Shown piece by piece: positions 29,367 to 39,000 of a stretch of DNA of 50,228 nt. The stretch spans positions 1 through 50,228 of the forward strand of contig DATGRZ010000069.1 in assembly GCA_035303065.1 (NCBI GenBank), given 5' to 3'. The translations under genes were made by a program, and so were the position numbers. Numbering within the stretch: the stretch's first letter is position 1; each line of letters starts with the position of its first letter. Source of the stretch: Ruania sp. (lineage in GTDB: Bacteria; Actinomycetota; Actinomycetes; Actinomycetales; Beutenbergiaceae). Below the pieces are notes generated by a model. That model was not told the origin of the DNA, did not search any database, and saw only the letters and a program-made list of their open reading frames with translations.

Positions 29367-29527
29367 CCTCCGGCTGGGCAGCCCAGCCGACGGGCGAGTC
29401 AGCCTACGGAGACAGTGCTGCGCAGCGCGGCCACCGCCTCTCGCACGCGGCGGCCGAGGTCGGCGTCCCTGGGTGGGGTAGGTCACAGCGGGCTGGCCGG
29501 GCCGGGCTCCGCGATAGCCTGCGCCAC

Positions 29528-30853
29528 GTGAAGATGTGGACGGACCTGCGTACGGTCGCCGTGCACCGCGACTTCCGGAGGCTGTTCGCGGTGCGGTTGG
29601 TGTCCCAGTGCGGAGACGGCATGTTCCAGGCCGGTCTGGCCACGTTGTTCTTCTTCTCCCCGGAGAACCTGGCCACCGCCGGTGCGGTCGCCGCCGCGTT
29701 CGCCGTGCTGCTGCTGCCGTTCACGATCGTCGGACCGTTCGCCGGACCGCTGCTGGACCGATGGCGGCGCCGGCAGGTGCTGCTGCTGGGCAACGCGGTA
29801 CGGGTGCTGCTCACCCTGGTGCTGGCAGTGCTGATGGCCACCGACGGCGTCTCCGTGGGGGTGTACGTGCTCGCACTGGTGACCCTCGGGGTGAACCGGT
29901 TCCTGCTCGCGGCACTGTCCGCAGCCCTACCGAAGGTGCTGCCCAAAGAGCAGCTGCTGATCGCGAACACGCTCACCCCCACCCTCGGCGCAGTCTCCGC
30001 AGTGGTCGGCGCAGGTATCGGCTTCGGCCTCGGCCTGGTGCTGGCCCCCGGGCCGATGCGCGACGGTGTGGTGCTCGTGGTGGCAGCCGTGCTGTTCGGT
30101 GGCGCCTCCGCCCTCGCACTCCGGCTGGGCAGGGACCAGCTGGGGCCGGACCAGCGCCTGGTCGCCGGCCGCGGGCTGCGCCAGGCCTGGGCGGATGTGC
30201 GCGCCACCGCCCGGGAGCTGGTGGCCGGGGCCCGCTACCTCGTCGCTCGTGGCACCCCGGGGGCGGCGCTGGGCATCATGGCGCTGCACCGGTTCCTCTA
30301 CGGGGTGAACTTCATCGCGCTCATCCTCATCTCCCGCAACCTGCTGGTGGATCCCACCGATGCGGCGGCCGGACTGGCGATGTTCGGGCTGCTGTCCGGG
30401 ATCTCCTTCGCCGGTAACGGGCTGGCGATCGTGCTCACCCCGTTGGCGCACGAGCGGATGAGCCCGTCCACCTGGGTGGTGGTCTGCCTCGGGCTGGGCG
30501 CGGGCAGCCAGGTGCTGCTGGCCATACAGCCGGTGTTCGGCGTGATCGCCGCCGCCGCAGTGCTGATGGGTCTGGCGGTGCAGGGGGCGAAGATCGCAGT
30601 GGACACGATCGTGCAGACCGACACTGACGACGCCTACCGTGGTCGGGCGTTCTCCCTCTACGACACCCTCTACAACGGAGCCTTCGCCGGTGCCGCAGCA
30701 CTGGCCGCGGCAGTGCTGCCGGACACCGGCTACTCGCGGAGCACGTTCCTCGCCCTGGCGGTGGTGTACCTGGTGCTGGCCGCTGGTTACCGGCTGGTGG
30801 TGCGTCGCCTCGGTGACCGACCACGCACTGTGCCGCTGCCCATGCCGCAGTAG
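29528..30853 (+). CDS. MFS transporter
   Basis: FRRLFAVRLVSQ.GDG.FQ, GPFAG.LLDRW.RR, DDAYRGRAFSLYD; TAGCCT -10 element 7 nt before GTG. Confidence 0.92.
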   Translation: MKMWTDLRTVAVHRDFRRLFAVRLVSQCGDGMFQAGLATLFFFSPENLATAGAVAAAFAVLLLPFTIVGPFAGPLLDRWRRRQVLLLGNAVRVLLTLVLAVLMATDGVSVGVYVLALVTLGVNRFLLAALSAALPKVLPKEQLLIANTLTPTLGAVSAVVGAGIGFGLGLVLAPGPMRDGVVLVVAAVLFGGASALALRLGRDQLGPDQRLVAGRGLRQAWADVRATARELVAGARYLVARGTPGAALGIMALHRFLYGVNFIALILISRNLLVDPTDAAAGLAMFGLLSGISFAGNGLAIVLTPLAHERMSPSTWVVVCLGLGAGSQVLLAIQPVFGVIAAAAVLMGLAVQGAKIAVDTIVQTDTDDAYRGRAFSLYDTLYNGAFAGAAALAAAVLPDTGYSRSTFLALAVVYLVLAAGYRLVVRRLGDRPRTVPLPMPQ

Positions 30854-30940
30854 CTGCGCCGTCAGCGGGCCGGCCGCCGACCACGCGCTGCGCTGGCCGC
30901 ACAGGTGAGACAGTAGGACCGAGGAGAGCGAGGTGCTGGC

Positions 30941-31489
30941 GTGACGGGACGCGACCATGGCGAGAGCGGGTCCCCGTCCGCCGACGGGCTGAGCACCGGG
31001 GACCGGGCACAGCTCACCCACGCGTTGGAGACCCGGTTCGCCGCCCCGACCGAGGCTGCGGCGGCAGTGCTGCGCCGAGCAGAGCGCGACCTCGCTGCAG
31101 CACAGGAGCGACTGGCCGAGGCGGAGGACGAGGCAGACAGCCGGGCGTACTCCTCAGATCCGCTCGTCTTCATGCGCGCCTCGGTCGAGGAGGAGGTGGA
31201 GGCCCTCAGCCGGAAGACGAACCCGAAGAAGATCCGCGCCTCGTACCGGTTCCTGCTGGACCGGGCGGTGGAGCTGGCCGGCGGTGAGGTCGAGGGGTTC
31301 CAGCAGGATCAGGAGGACGCGGCACGCGAGCGCGACCACGGGGTGGACGCCTGCCGCGAGGCCGTGCACCGCGCCACCGAGACCCTCGACGCCGCGCGGA
31401 CGACCTGGGACCGGGTGCTGGCCGCCGAACAGTCCGCCCGTCAGGGGCTGGCGATCATGATCGAGAAGCTCACCGCACCTCAGGAGTAG
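30941..31489 (+). CDS. hypothetical helical/coiled-coil protein
   Basis: GAGG RBS, host-like codon usage, Ala/Glu/Arg-rich heptads. Confidence 0.7.
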   Translation: MTGRDHGESGSPSADGLSTGDRAQLTHALETRFAAPTEAAAAVLRRAERDLAAAQERLAEAEDEADSRAYSSDPLVFMRASVEEEVEALSRKTNPKKIRASYRFLLDRAVELAGGEVEGFQQDQEDAARERDHGVDACREAVHRATETLDAARTTWDRVLAAEQSARQGLAIMIEKLTAPQE

Positions 31490-31513
31490 GCGGGCGGGAC
31501 CTCGCCCGGCTGG

Positions 31514-32980
31514 TCAGCGGGGCTGGGACTCCCACCAGGTGAGCAGCTCGCGGCGGGCCTCGTCCTCACCCAGCGGGCCGCGCTCCATCCGCAGGGCGAG
31601 CAGGTGCTGGTAGGCCTGACCCACCTGGCGGCCCGGAGGGATGCCGAGGATCGCCATGATCTGGTTGCCGTCCAGGTCCGGGCGGATCGCATCCAGCTCC
31701 TCCTGCTCGGCGAGCGCGGCGATCCGCTCCTCCAGGTCGTCGTACGCGGCGGAGAGCCGGGCGGCCTTGCGCTTGTTCCGGGTGGTGCAGTCGGCGCGGG
31801 TCAGGCGGTGCAGCCGCTGCAGCTGGTCGCCGGCGTCGGTCACGTACCGGCGCACCGCCGAGTCGCTCCAGGCGGCCTCGCCATACCCGTGGAACCGCAG
31901 GTGCAGGAACACCAGCTTGGTGACCGCGTTGATCGTCGCCTTGTCAAAACGGAGCGCCTTGAGCCGCTTTCCGGCCATCTTCGCCCCGACCACCTCGTGG
32001 TGGTGGAAGCTCACCCCGCCACCGGGCTCCAGCCGGCGGGTAGCGGGCTTGCCGATGTCGTGCAGCAGTGCGGCGAGCCGCAGCACCAGGTCGGGGCTGG
32101 GCACCGGGCCGTCCGGGCCGGACTCCAGGTCGATCGCCTGGTCCAGCACGGTCAGGCTGTGCTCGTAGACGTCCTTGTGCCGGTGGTGCTCGTCGATGGT
32201 CAGCTGCAACGCCGGCAGCTCGGGCAGCACGTGGTCGGCCAGGTGGGTGTGCACCAGCAGCTCCAGGCCGCGGCGCGGTTCCGGGGCGAGCAGCAATCTC
32301 ACCAGCTCGGCCTGCACCCGTTCAGCGGAGACGATCCGGATCCGCTCGGCCATCGCGGACATCGCCGCCATCACCGCCGGATCCACATCGAAGCGCAGCT
32401 GGGCGGCGAACCGGGCGGCGCGCATCATCCGCAACGGGTCGTCGGTGAAGGCCTGCTCCGGCGTGGCCGGAGTGCGCAGCACACCCGCAGCGAGGTCGCC
32501 GAGCCCGTTCGACGGATCGACGAACACCAGGTCAGGCAGGCGCAGCGCCATCGAGTTCACGGTGAAGTCGCGGCGGGACAGGTCGCCGTCGAGAGTGTCG
32601 CCGTAGACCACCTCGGGCTTGCGGGAGTCCGGGTCATAGGCCTCGGTGCGGTAGGTGGTGACCTCCACCACCACATCGCCCTTGCGTGCGCCGATGGTGC
32701 CGAACTCCCGGCCCATGTCCCAGGTGGCCTCCCCCCAGCCGGCGAGCAGCCGCTCCGTCTCCTCCGGCCGGGCGGAGGAGGCGAAGTCCAGGTCGACGCT
32801 CGCCCGTCCGAGGAACGCATCCCGCACCGGTCCGCCGACCAGTGCCAGCTCGTGTCCGGCGTCGGCGAACACCTGCCCCAGCTCGATCGCCTGCGGGGCA
32901 TACTGGGAGATCACTGCCAGCGCAGTGCGCAGCAGCGCCGCCGGGCTCGCCGGGGCAGCAGGAGACTCGGTAGGGGGCAC
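31514..32980 (-). CDS. cca: CCA tRNA nucleotidyltransferase with HD domain
   Basis: LVGGPVRD..LG...DLDF, DL.RRDFTVN, DDPLRMMR, HHRHKDV, LLHDIGK. Confidence 0.96.
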   Translation of the reverse strand: MPPTESPAAPASPAALLRTALAVISQYAPQAIELGQVFADAGHELALVGGPVRDAFLGRASVDLDFASSARPEETERLLAGWGEATWDMGREFGTIGARKGDVVVEVTTYRTEAYDPDSRKPEVVYGDTLDGDLSRRDFTVNSMALRLPDLVFVDPSNGLGDLAAGVLRTPATPEQAFTDDPLRMMRAARFAAQLRFDVDPAVMAAMSAMAERIRIVSAERVQAELVRLLLAPEPRRGLELLVHTHLADHVLPELPALQLTIDEHHRHKDVYEHSLTVLDQAIDLESGPDGPVPSPDLVLRLAALLHDIGKPATRRLEPGGGVSFHHHEVVGAKMAGKRLKALRFDKATINAVTKLVFLHLRFHGYGEAAWSDSAVRRYVTDAGDQLQRLHRLTRADCTTRNKRKAARLSAAYDDLEERIAALAEQEELDAIRPDLDGNQIMAILGIPPGRQVGQAYQHLLALRMERGPLGEDEARRELLTWWESQPR

Positions 32981-33143
32981 AGCGTTCTAGGGTGCCACGT
33001 TTTGCAGCGGTTCGCCCCACCCGGACCGCGGGCGGCCGCAGCACCGCCACACCCGCAGCACACCGCCCACCACGAGCCGGTGGACCCAGCGGCACACCAG
33101 CGCGGGTGCCTCAGCAGGCGGTGGCCTTGATTACAGTGTCGTT

Positions 33144-33668
33144 ATGTCCGCTGCCGTCCCCACTCCCGGGCCCAGAGTGCCGAAGCCGCCGATGACGCGG
33201 CTGCGGCGCCCGGACACCCGGCACCTGCCGGTGGTGGACGAGACCTCCGCCGGGGGGCTGGTGGTAGACGTGCACCGCGGGCGCGCGTTCACGGCGATCA
33301 TCGCGCGCCGCAACCGGGCCGGTCGGCTGGAGTGGTGTCTGCCGAAGGGGCACCTGGAGGGTGCGGAGACCGCCGAGCAGGCCGCCGTCCGGGAGATCGA
33401 GGAGGAGACCGGCATCACCGGGCAGGTGCTGCTCCACCTGGCGACCATCGACTACTGGTTCGCCGGTCATGACCGGCGGGTGCACAAGGTGGTGCACCAT
33501 TACCTGCTGGAGGCTCTCGGCGGAGAGCTGACCATCGAGAACGACCCGGACCACGAAGCGGAGGACGTCGCGTGGGTCTCGCTCGGCGAGGTGGCGAGCC
33601 AGTTGGCCTATCCCAACGAACGGCGCGTGGTGGCGACCGCGCGGGACATCCTTGAGGGCCGCCCGTGA
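33144..33668 (+). CDS. NUDIX hydrolase
   Basis: LPKGHLEGAETAEQAAVREIEEETG Nudix box; TACAGT -10 element 6 nt before ATG. Confidence 0.93.
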   Translation: MSAAVPTPGPRVPKPPMTRLRRPDTRHLPVVDETSAGGLVVDVHRGRAFTAIIARRNRAGRLEWCLPKGHLEGAETAEQAAVREIEEETGITGQVLLHLATIDYWFAGHDRRVHKVVHHYLLEALGGELTIENDPDHEAEDVAWVSLGEVASQLAYPNERRVVATARDILEGRP

Positions 33669-33738
33669 CGGCCGCGCGGTGAGGGCCGCCGCACTCGCGC
33701 GATCGAGGACCGGACCGGCGCGCCGGCTACGCCGTGGC

Positions 33739-36063
33739 GTGCGCAGCACGGCGCGCCGCACCACCGGCCTGCTCCTCGCCTGGCTGGTGGTGGCCGCGAC
33801 CGTGCTCACCGGCTGGACCCCGGCGCACGCAGACGAGGAAGCACCGGCGATGGAGGTGCAGATCACCGACATCACCCCGACGGTGCTGCGCCCCGGGGAC
33901 GACTGGGTGATCCGCGGCACGGTCACCAACACCGGCTCTGAGAAGCTCACCGACCCGGTGCTGCGGCTCCGGTTCCAGACCTACGTGCCGAGCACCCGGA
34001 GCGCCCTGGCTGCATGGAACGTCTCCGGTGACTCCCTGGTCACCACGGTGCTGCTCGCCCAGCAGCTGGGAACCGACCTGCGCCCGGGGCAGCAGCACAG
34101 CTTCGAGATGACCATCAGCCCGGAGGAGTCACCGTTCTACGCCGGCGCCGCCTGGGGACCGCGCGGGATCGCGATCGAAGCCACCTCGGGCCAGGTGCAG
34201 GCGAGCCAGCGCACCACAGTGCTCTGGTACCCGGAGGAGCAGCAGGTCGGCGCGCCCACTGAGCTGTCCGTGCTCGTGCCGCTGACCGCGACCGCCGAGG
34301 AGTGGGCCCATGCCGCGACGCAGGGCACCTCGCTCGCCGACGCGGCAGCGGGCCGGCTCGGCCCGGTGCTGCAGGCGGCGGACAGCCCTCGGGTGTCCTG
34401 GGCGTTGGATCCCGCCCTGCTGGAGACACAACCGTTGGGCGCCGAGGCAGCCACCCGCGCGCTCGCCAGCGAGGTGGAACCGGGCACCGCATCCACAGAG
34501 CCGGCCACCACCAGCCAGTCCAGCGGCTCCGCCGCCGGCCCGGCAGCCGGGACCGCGACCGGTCAGGGGACCGATGGCGAGCAGACCAGCGACGACACCG
34601 ACCCCACCCAGACGACCACCGACCAGGGTGAGACAAGCACCCCGGAGGGAGCGCCGTCGTCGACCGGGGACACCGACGACCAGATCACCGGGACCGAGCT
34701 GATCGACCGGCTAACGGCCCGGTCCGGCGGGCACGACGTGATCGCCCTGCCCTATGCCGACGCCGACCTGGCCAGTCTGGAAAGCGCAGCGGGCACTGAG
34801 CTCACCCGGGCCGCACGGGACCGGTCCGACTACCTGTACGGGGAGCACGACATCCACCCGATCGACCAGGTGCTCTGGCCCAGCCGCTACGACCTGCAGT
34901 CGCTGCAGACCGTCGCATGGTCCGGGACCGACACTGTGGTGCTGCCGGAGGACAGCCAGCCCGCGGTGACCGGTACGACCTACACCCCCTCCGGCCGCGC
35001 CGAGGTGAGCACCGGCGCCGGTGACCTGGAGACCGCCCTCTGGGACACCGGGCTCAGCGGGCTGTTCACCTCCGACCTGACCCCGCTGCAGATCCGGCAG
35101 GAGCTACTGGCCCAGACCGCGATCATCGCCCGGGAACGACCCTCCGACGGGCGCGGGCTGCTCGCCGTGGCCGCCCACGACGTCGGCGCCGACCCGGAGC
35201 AGCTGCAGGCAGTCACCGACGCCCTCGCCGCCGCCGAAGACGTCCCGTGGCTGCAGCTGACCAACCTGCGCTCCCTGCTCGGGCGCACCGACTCCGGGGA
35301 GCCGCGCGAGGCACCGCCCGCCGAACCGACCACCGAACCGGCGCTGGACAGCTCCGCTGTGGAGGAGATGAGCCAGGTCTGGTCCACGCTGGAGTCGTAC
35401 GTGGCAGTCACCGACGCCCCGCAGCGCTACCTGGGCACCGTCGGCCCGAACGCGCTCGGCACCCTGTCCACTGCGCTCGCCGACGACCCTGGGACCCAGC
35501 AGCTGCTGCTCGATGCCGCCACCCAGGCAGAGCAGCAGCTGCAGTCCGCCGTCGCCGTCGAGTCCGGTTCCTCGGTACTGCTGGTCTCCGCCGCCGGCGA
35601 CCTGCCGATCAGCATCCAGTCCGCGCTGCCGGTGCCGGCCGACGTGACCGTACGCCTGGTGCCCGCAGACCCGCGGTTGCGTGCCGAGGAGGAGGTCACC
35701 GCCACGCTCCGGCCGAACAGCACCACCACGGTGCGGATCCCGGTCACGGCTGTGTCCAACGGGAACGTGGACGTGTACTTCGAGGTGCTCACCCCGGGCG
35801 GGGACGTGCTGGCCAGCGGGGAGCCGTTCAGCGTGCGGGTGCGTGCCGACTGGGAGAGCACCGGCACGATCATCGTGGCCGGCCTGCTGGTGATCGGCTT
35901 CGTCGTCGGTCTGGTGCGCACCATCAGGCGCGGTCGCCCGCAGACCCGTGCTGCCGCGGCAGCCGCAGCGGGGCAGGCGATCGCCGAGGACGACCCGAGC
36001 ACGGACGCCAGCTCCCGGGCGGGAGCCAGCCCGCCGACGCCCCCGCACGAGGACGGACCCTGA
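33739..36063 (+). CDS. DUF6049 family secreted/membrane-anchored protein (start uncertain, 33652-33739)
   Basis: Signal peptide, WGPRGI, WALDPALL, LPYADAD motifs, C-terminal TM; conserved position between NUDIX and murJ. Confidence 0.85.
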   Translation: MRSTARRTTGLLLAWLVVAATVLTGWTPAHADEEAPAMEVQITDITPTVLRPGDDWVIRGTVTNTGSEKLTDPVLRLRFQTYVPSTRSALAAWNVSGDSLVTTVLLAQQLGTDLRPGQQHSFEMTISPEESPFYAGAAWGPRGIAIEATSGQVQASQRTTVLWYPEEQQVGAPTELSVLVPLTATAEEWAHAATQGTSLADAAAGRLGPVLQAADSPRVSWALDPALLETQPLGAEAATRALASEVEPGTASTEPATTSQSSGSAAGPAAGTATGQGTDGEQTSDDTDPTQTTTDQGETSTPEGAPSSTGDTDDQITGTELIDRLTARSGGHDVIALPYADADLASLESAAGTELTRAARDRSDYLYGEHDIHPIDQVLWPSRYDLQSLQTVAWSGTDTVVLPEDSQPAVTGTTYTPSGRAEVSTGAGDLETALWDTGLSGLFTSDLTPLQIRQELLAQTAIIARERPSDGRGLLAVAAHDVGADPEQLQAVTDALAAAEDVPWLQLTNLRSLLGRTDSGEPREAPPAEPTTEPALDSSAVEEMSQVWSTLESYVAVTDAPQRYLGTVGPNALGTLSTALADDPGTQQLLLDAATQAEQQLQSAVAVESGSSVLLVSAAGDLPISIQSALPVPADVTVRLVPADPRLRAEEEVTATLRPNSTTTVRIPVTAVSNGNVDVYFEVLTPGGDVLASGEPFSVRVRADWESTGTIIVAGLLVIGFVVGLVRTIRRGRPQTRAAAAAAAGQAIAEDDPSTDASSRAGASPPTPPHEDGP

Positions 36064-39000
36064 TGGCCGCACGCACTGGACTGGCCGGCTCCGCGGCGCT
36101 GATGTTCTCCGGCACCCTGGTCTCCCGAGCGCTGGGGCTGGCCCGCAACGCCCTGATGATCGCCGCGATCGGCGTGACCGGCAGCGGTGCCGCCGACTCC
36201 TTCTCGGTGGCGAACAAGCTGCCGAACATCATCTACATGCTGCTCGCCGGCGGCATCCTGAACGCGGTGCTGGTGCCGCAGATCGTGCGGGCGATGCGGC
36301 ACCGCGACGGCGGCGTCGAGTACGTCAACCGGCTGCTGACCGTCGCCGGGGCGATCATGCTCGGCGTCACCGTGGTGCTCACCGCGGCCGCACCGCTGCT
36401 GATCTCGATCTATGCTGCCGAGTTCCGCACCGGACCATGGGCCACGCTCGCGGTGACGTTCGCGATGTGGTGCATCCCGCAGCTGTTCTTCTACGGTATG
36501 TACACGCTGCTCGGGCAGGTGCTGAACGCGCGCAGCAACTTCGGCCCGTACATGTGGGCACCAGCGTTGAACAACGTGATCTCCATCGCCGGGCTGGCGG
36601 CCTACCTGATGGTCTACGGCTCTTACCGCGCGGGAGCGGTGCCCGCCGACGCCTGGGACGCCGGGCGGATCGCGCTGCTCGCCGGCCCGTACACGTTCGG
36701 TGTGGTGATGCAGGCACTGATCCTCGTGGTGCCGCTGTACCGGTCCGGGTTCCGCTACCGGCCCCGGTGGGGGCTGCGCGGCAGCGGTCTGGGTTCGGCC
36801 GGCCGGGTGGCGATGTGGGCGTTCGCTGCGCTGGCCGCCGGCCAGGTGGGCTATCTGGGTGTGTCCAACCTGGCCGCCGCGGCCGGCACCGAGGCAGCCA
36901 CCGCGGGCGCTCCGGACCCGAGCATCGCCGGGAACGCCGCCTACGACAACGCGTTCTTCATCTTCATGCTGCCGCAGTCGCTGATCACCGTGTCGCTGGT
37001 GACGGCGCTGTTCACCCGTCTCTCTGAGCACGCCGTGGCACAGCAGACGTTCCGGGTGCGCGACGACCTGTCCCGCGGGCTGCGCACGCTGGCGGTGTTC
37101 ACCGTGTTCGCCGCCGGGGCGCTGGCGGTGCTGGCGATCCCGCTCACCCAGGTGGTGCAGTTCGACCAGGCCACCTTCGCCTCCTACCGGGCGATCGGGC
37201 ACGTGCTGGTGGCGATGCTCCTCGGTCTGCCCGCGATCGCGGTGTGGACGATGACCCAGCGGGTGTACTTCGCCTTCGAGGACACCAAGTTCTTGTTCTA
37301 CATCCAGGTGCCGATGGCGCTGGTGCAGATCGGTGGCAGCCTGGCCTCCTTCCTGCTGCTCGAGGTGCACTGGTGGGTGGTCGGCGCCGGGCTGGCCACC
37401 GCCGCCTCGAACACCCTCGGCGCCCTGGTGGCCTACCTGGCGCTGCGCCGCAAGCTGCCGAGCCTGGATGGTGCCCGCGTGCTGCGTACCCATCTGCGGG
37501 TGCTGCTCGCGGTCATCCCCTCGATGGCTGCCGGGTGGGGTCTGCTGCACCTGTGGGGGGTGCACACCTCGTTCCTCGGTGCGCTGGTACGGGTGCTGCT
37601 GCTCGGGGCGCTGATGGCGCTGATCTACTACGTGCTGCTGCGCCGGATGCGGGTGACCGAGCTAGACCAGCTCACCGAACGGGTCGGCGCGATGCTCGCC
37701 CCGGTCACCCGGCGGTTGTCTCCACTGACGAGAAGGCTCACGATCCCACAGCTGCCGCGTACGATATGGGCGACGATCGTTGCAGCAGACACGGGGAACG
37801 GAGGGCCGCGGGTGGACCGAGCCGCTGACCTGGCTCTCCAGAGCGGGGACATGGTCGCCGACCGGTACGTCCTGGACGCGCCGGTGCCCACCGACCTGCC
37901 GGATGCGTCCGCCTGGACCGGGCAGGACGAGATCCTGCAGCGGCCGGTGCGGGTGACCGTGCTCGCCGGGTCCCACCGGGAGGAGGCCCTGGACGCTGCC
38001 CGGCGGGCCGCCCTGGTGCGCGACGACCGGTTGGCGCACATCCGCCGCGTGGGCAACCACGAGAACATCGCCTACGTGGTCACCGAGCCGTTGGACAGCC
38101 TCTCGTTGGCCGACCTGGTCGCTGACGGTCCGGTACCGCACGCCCAGGCCCGAGCGTTGGTGGGCAATGCCGCGACCGCGCTGGAGACCGCCCGCAAACG
38201 CGGGGTGCACCACCTGGCGCTGGGCCCAGGGTCGCTGCACCTGACCCGCGACGGTGAGGTGGTGGTGACTGGGCTCGCCGTGGCCGCCGCCCAGTCCGGG
38301 ATCGAGGTCCCGGACGCCAGCACTGCGGCCCGCGCAGACGCCGTCGGCCTGGTGCAGCTGCTCTACACCGCCCTGACCGGCACCTGGCCCGGGGAGCGCG
38401 AGCTGGCGGCGGGTGTGGGGCTGGCGCCACGGTCCGGCTCCACCGCACAGCCGCCGGCGGAGGTGGCCGAAGGGGTGCCGCACGACCTGGACACGCTCTG
38501 CTCGGTGACGTTCGGCCCGCACCGGGACGGCCCGTACACCCCTGGAGAGCTGGTCCGGGAGCTGCAGCCATGGGACCAGGTGGAAGCACCGCCCGCGCTG
38601 GTCGAGGATGCCGCCGATGACGGCGGAGCTCACCGGGACGTCACGGGTGCGGGTGCCGTAGCCGGGTCCGTGGCCGGGACAGCCGTGCTGCCCACACCGG
38701 GACGTGGGCTGCGCACCGGGGGCACCTCAGCGGCGCCACCAGCGGCACCGACGGGCGGCGCGGCACCCGGGATGCCCGCAGAGCCTCCGGCCGGCGGGCC
38801 GCCCAGCGATCAGACCGGAGAGACCTCGGCGGTCACCGCCGGCGCCGGGAGCGCTCCGGGAACCGTCACACAGGAGGCGACAGCCGCCCCGGCCAGCACC
38901 GAGGACGATCTCGCAGGGGCCGGTACGTACTCTGGCCCGCCCGCGCCTGCTGCCTACCCGAGCCCGCACCAGGCCAACCCGCACCAGGCCGGCCACTACG

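Noticed and set aside
35247-36062. N-terminal extension of the 1587-aa murJ ORF
   Set aside because: Overlaps DUF6049 in another frame; the true start is ATG 36063 (TGATG coupling).
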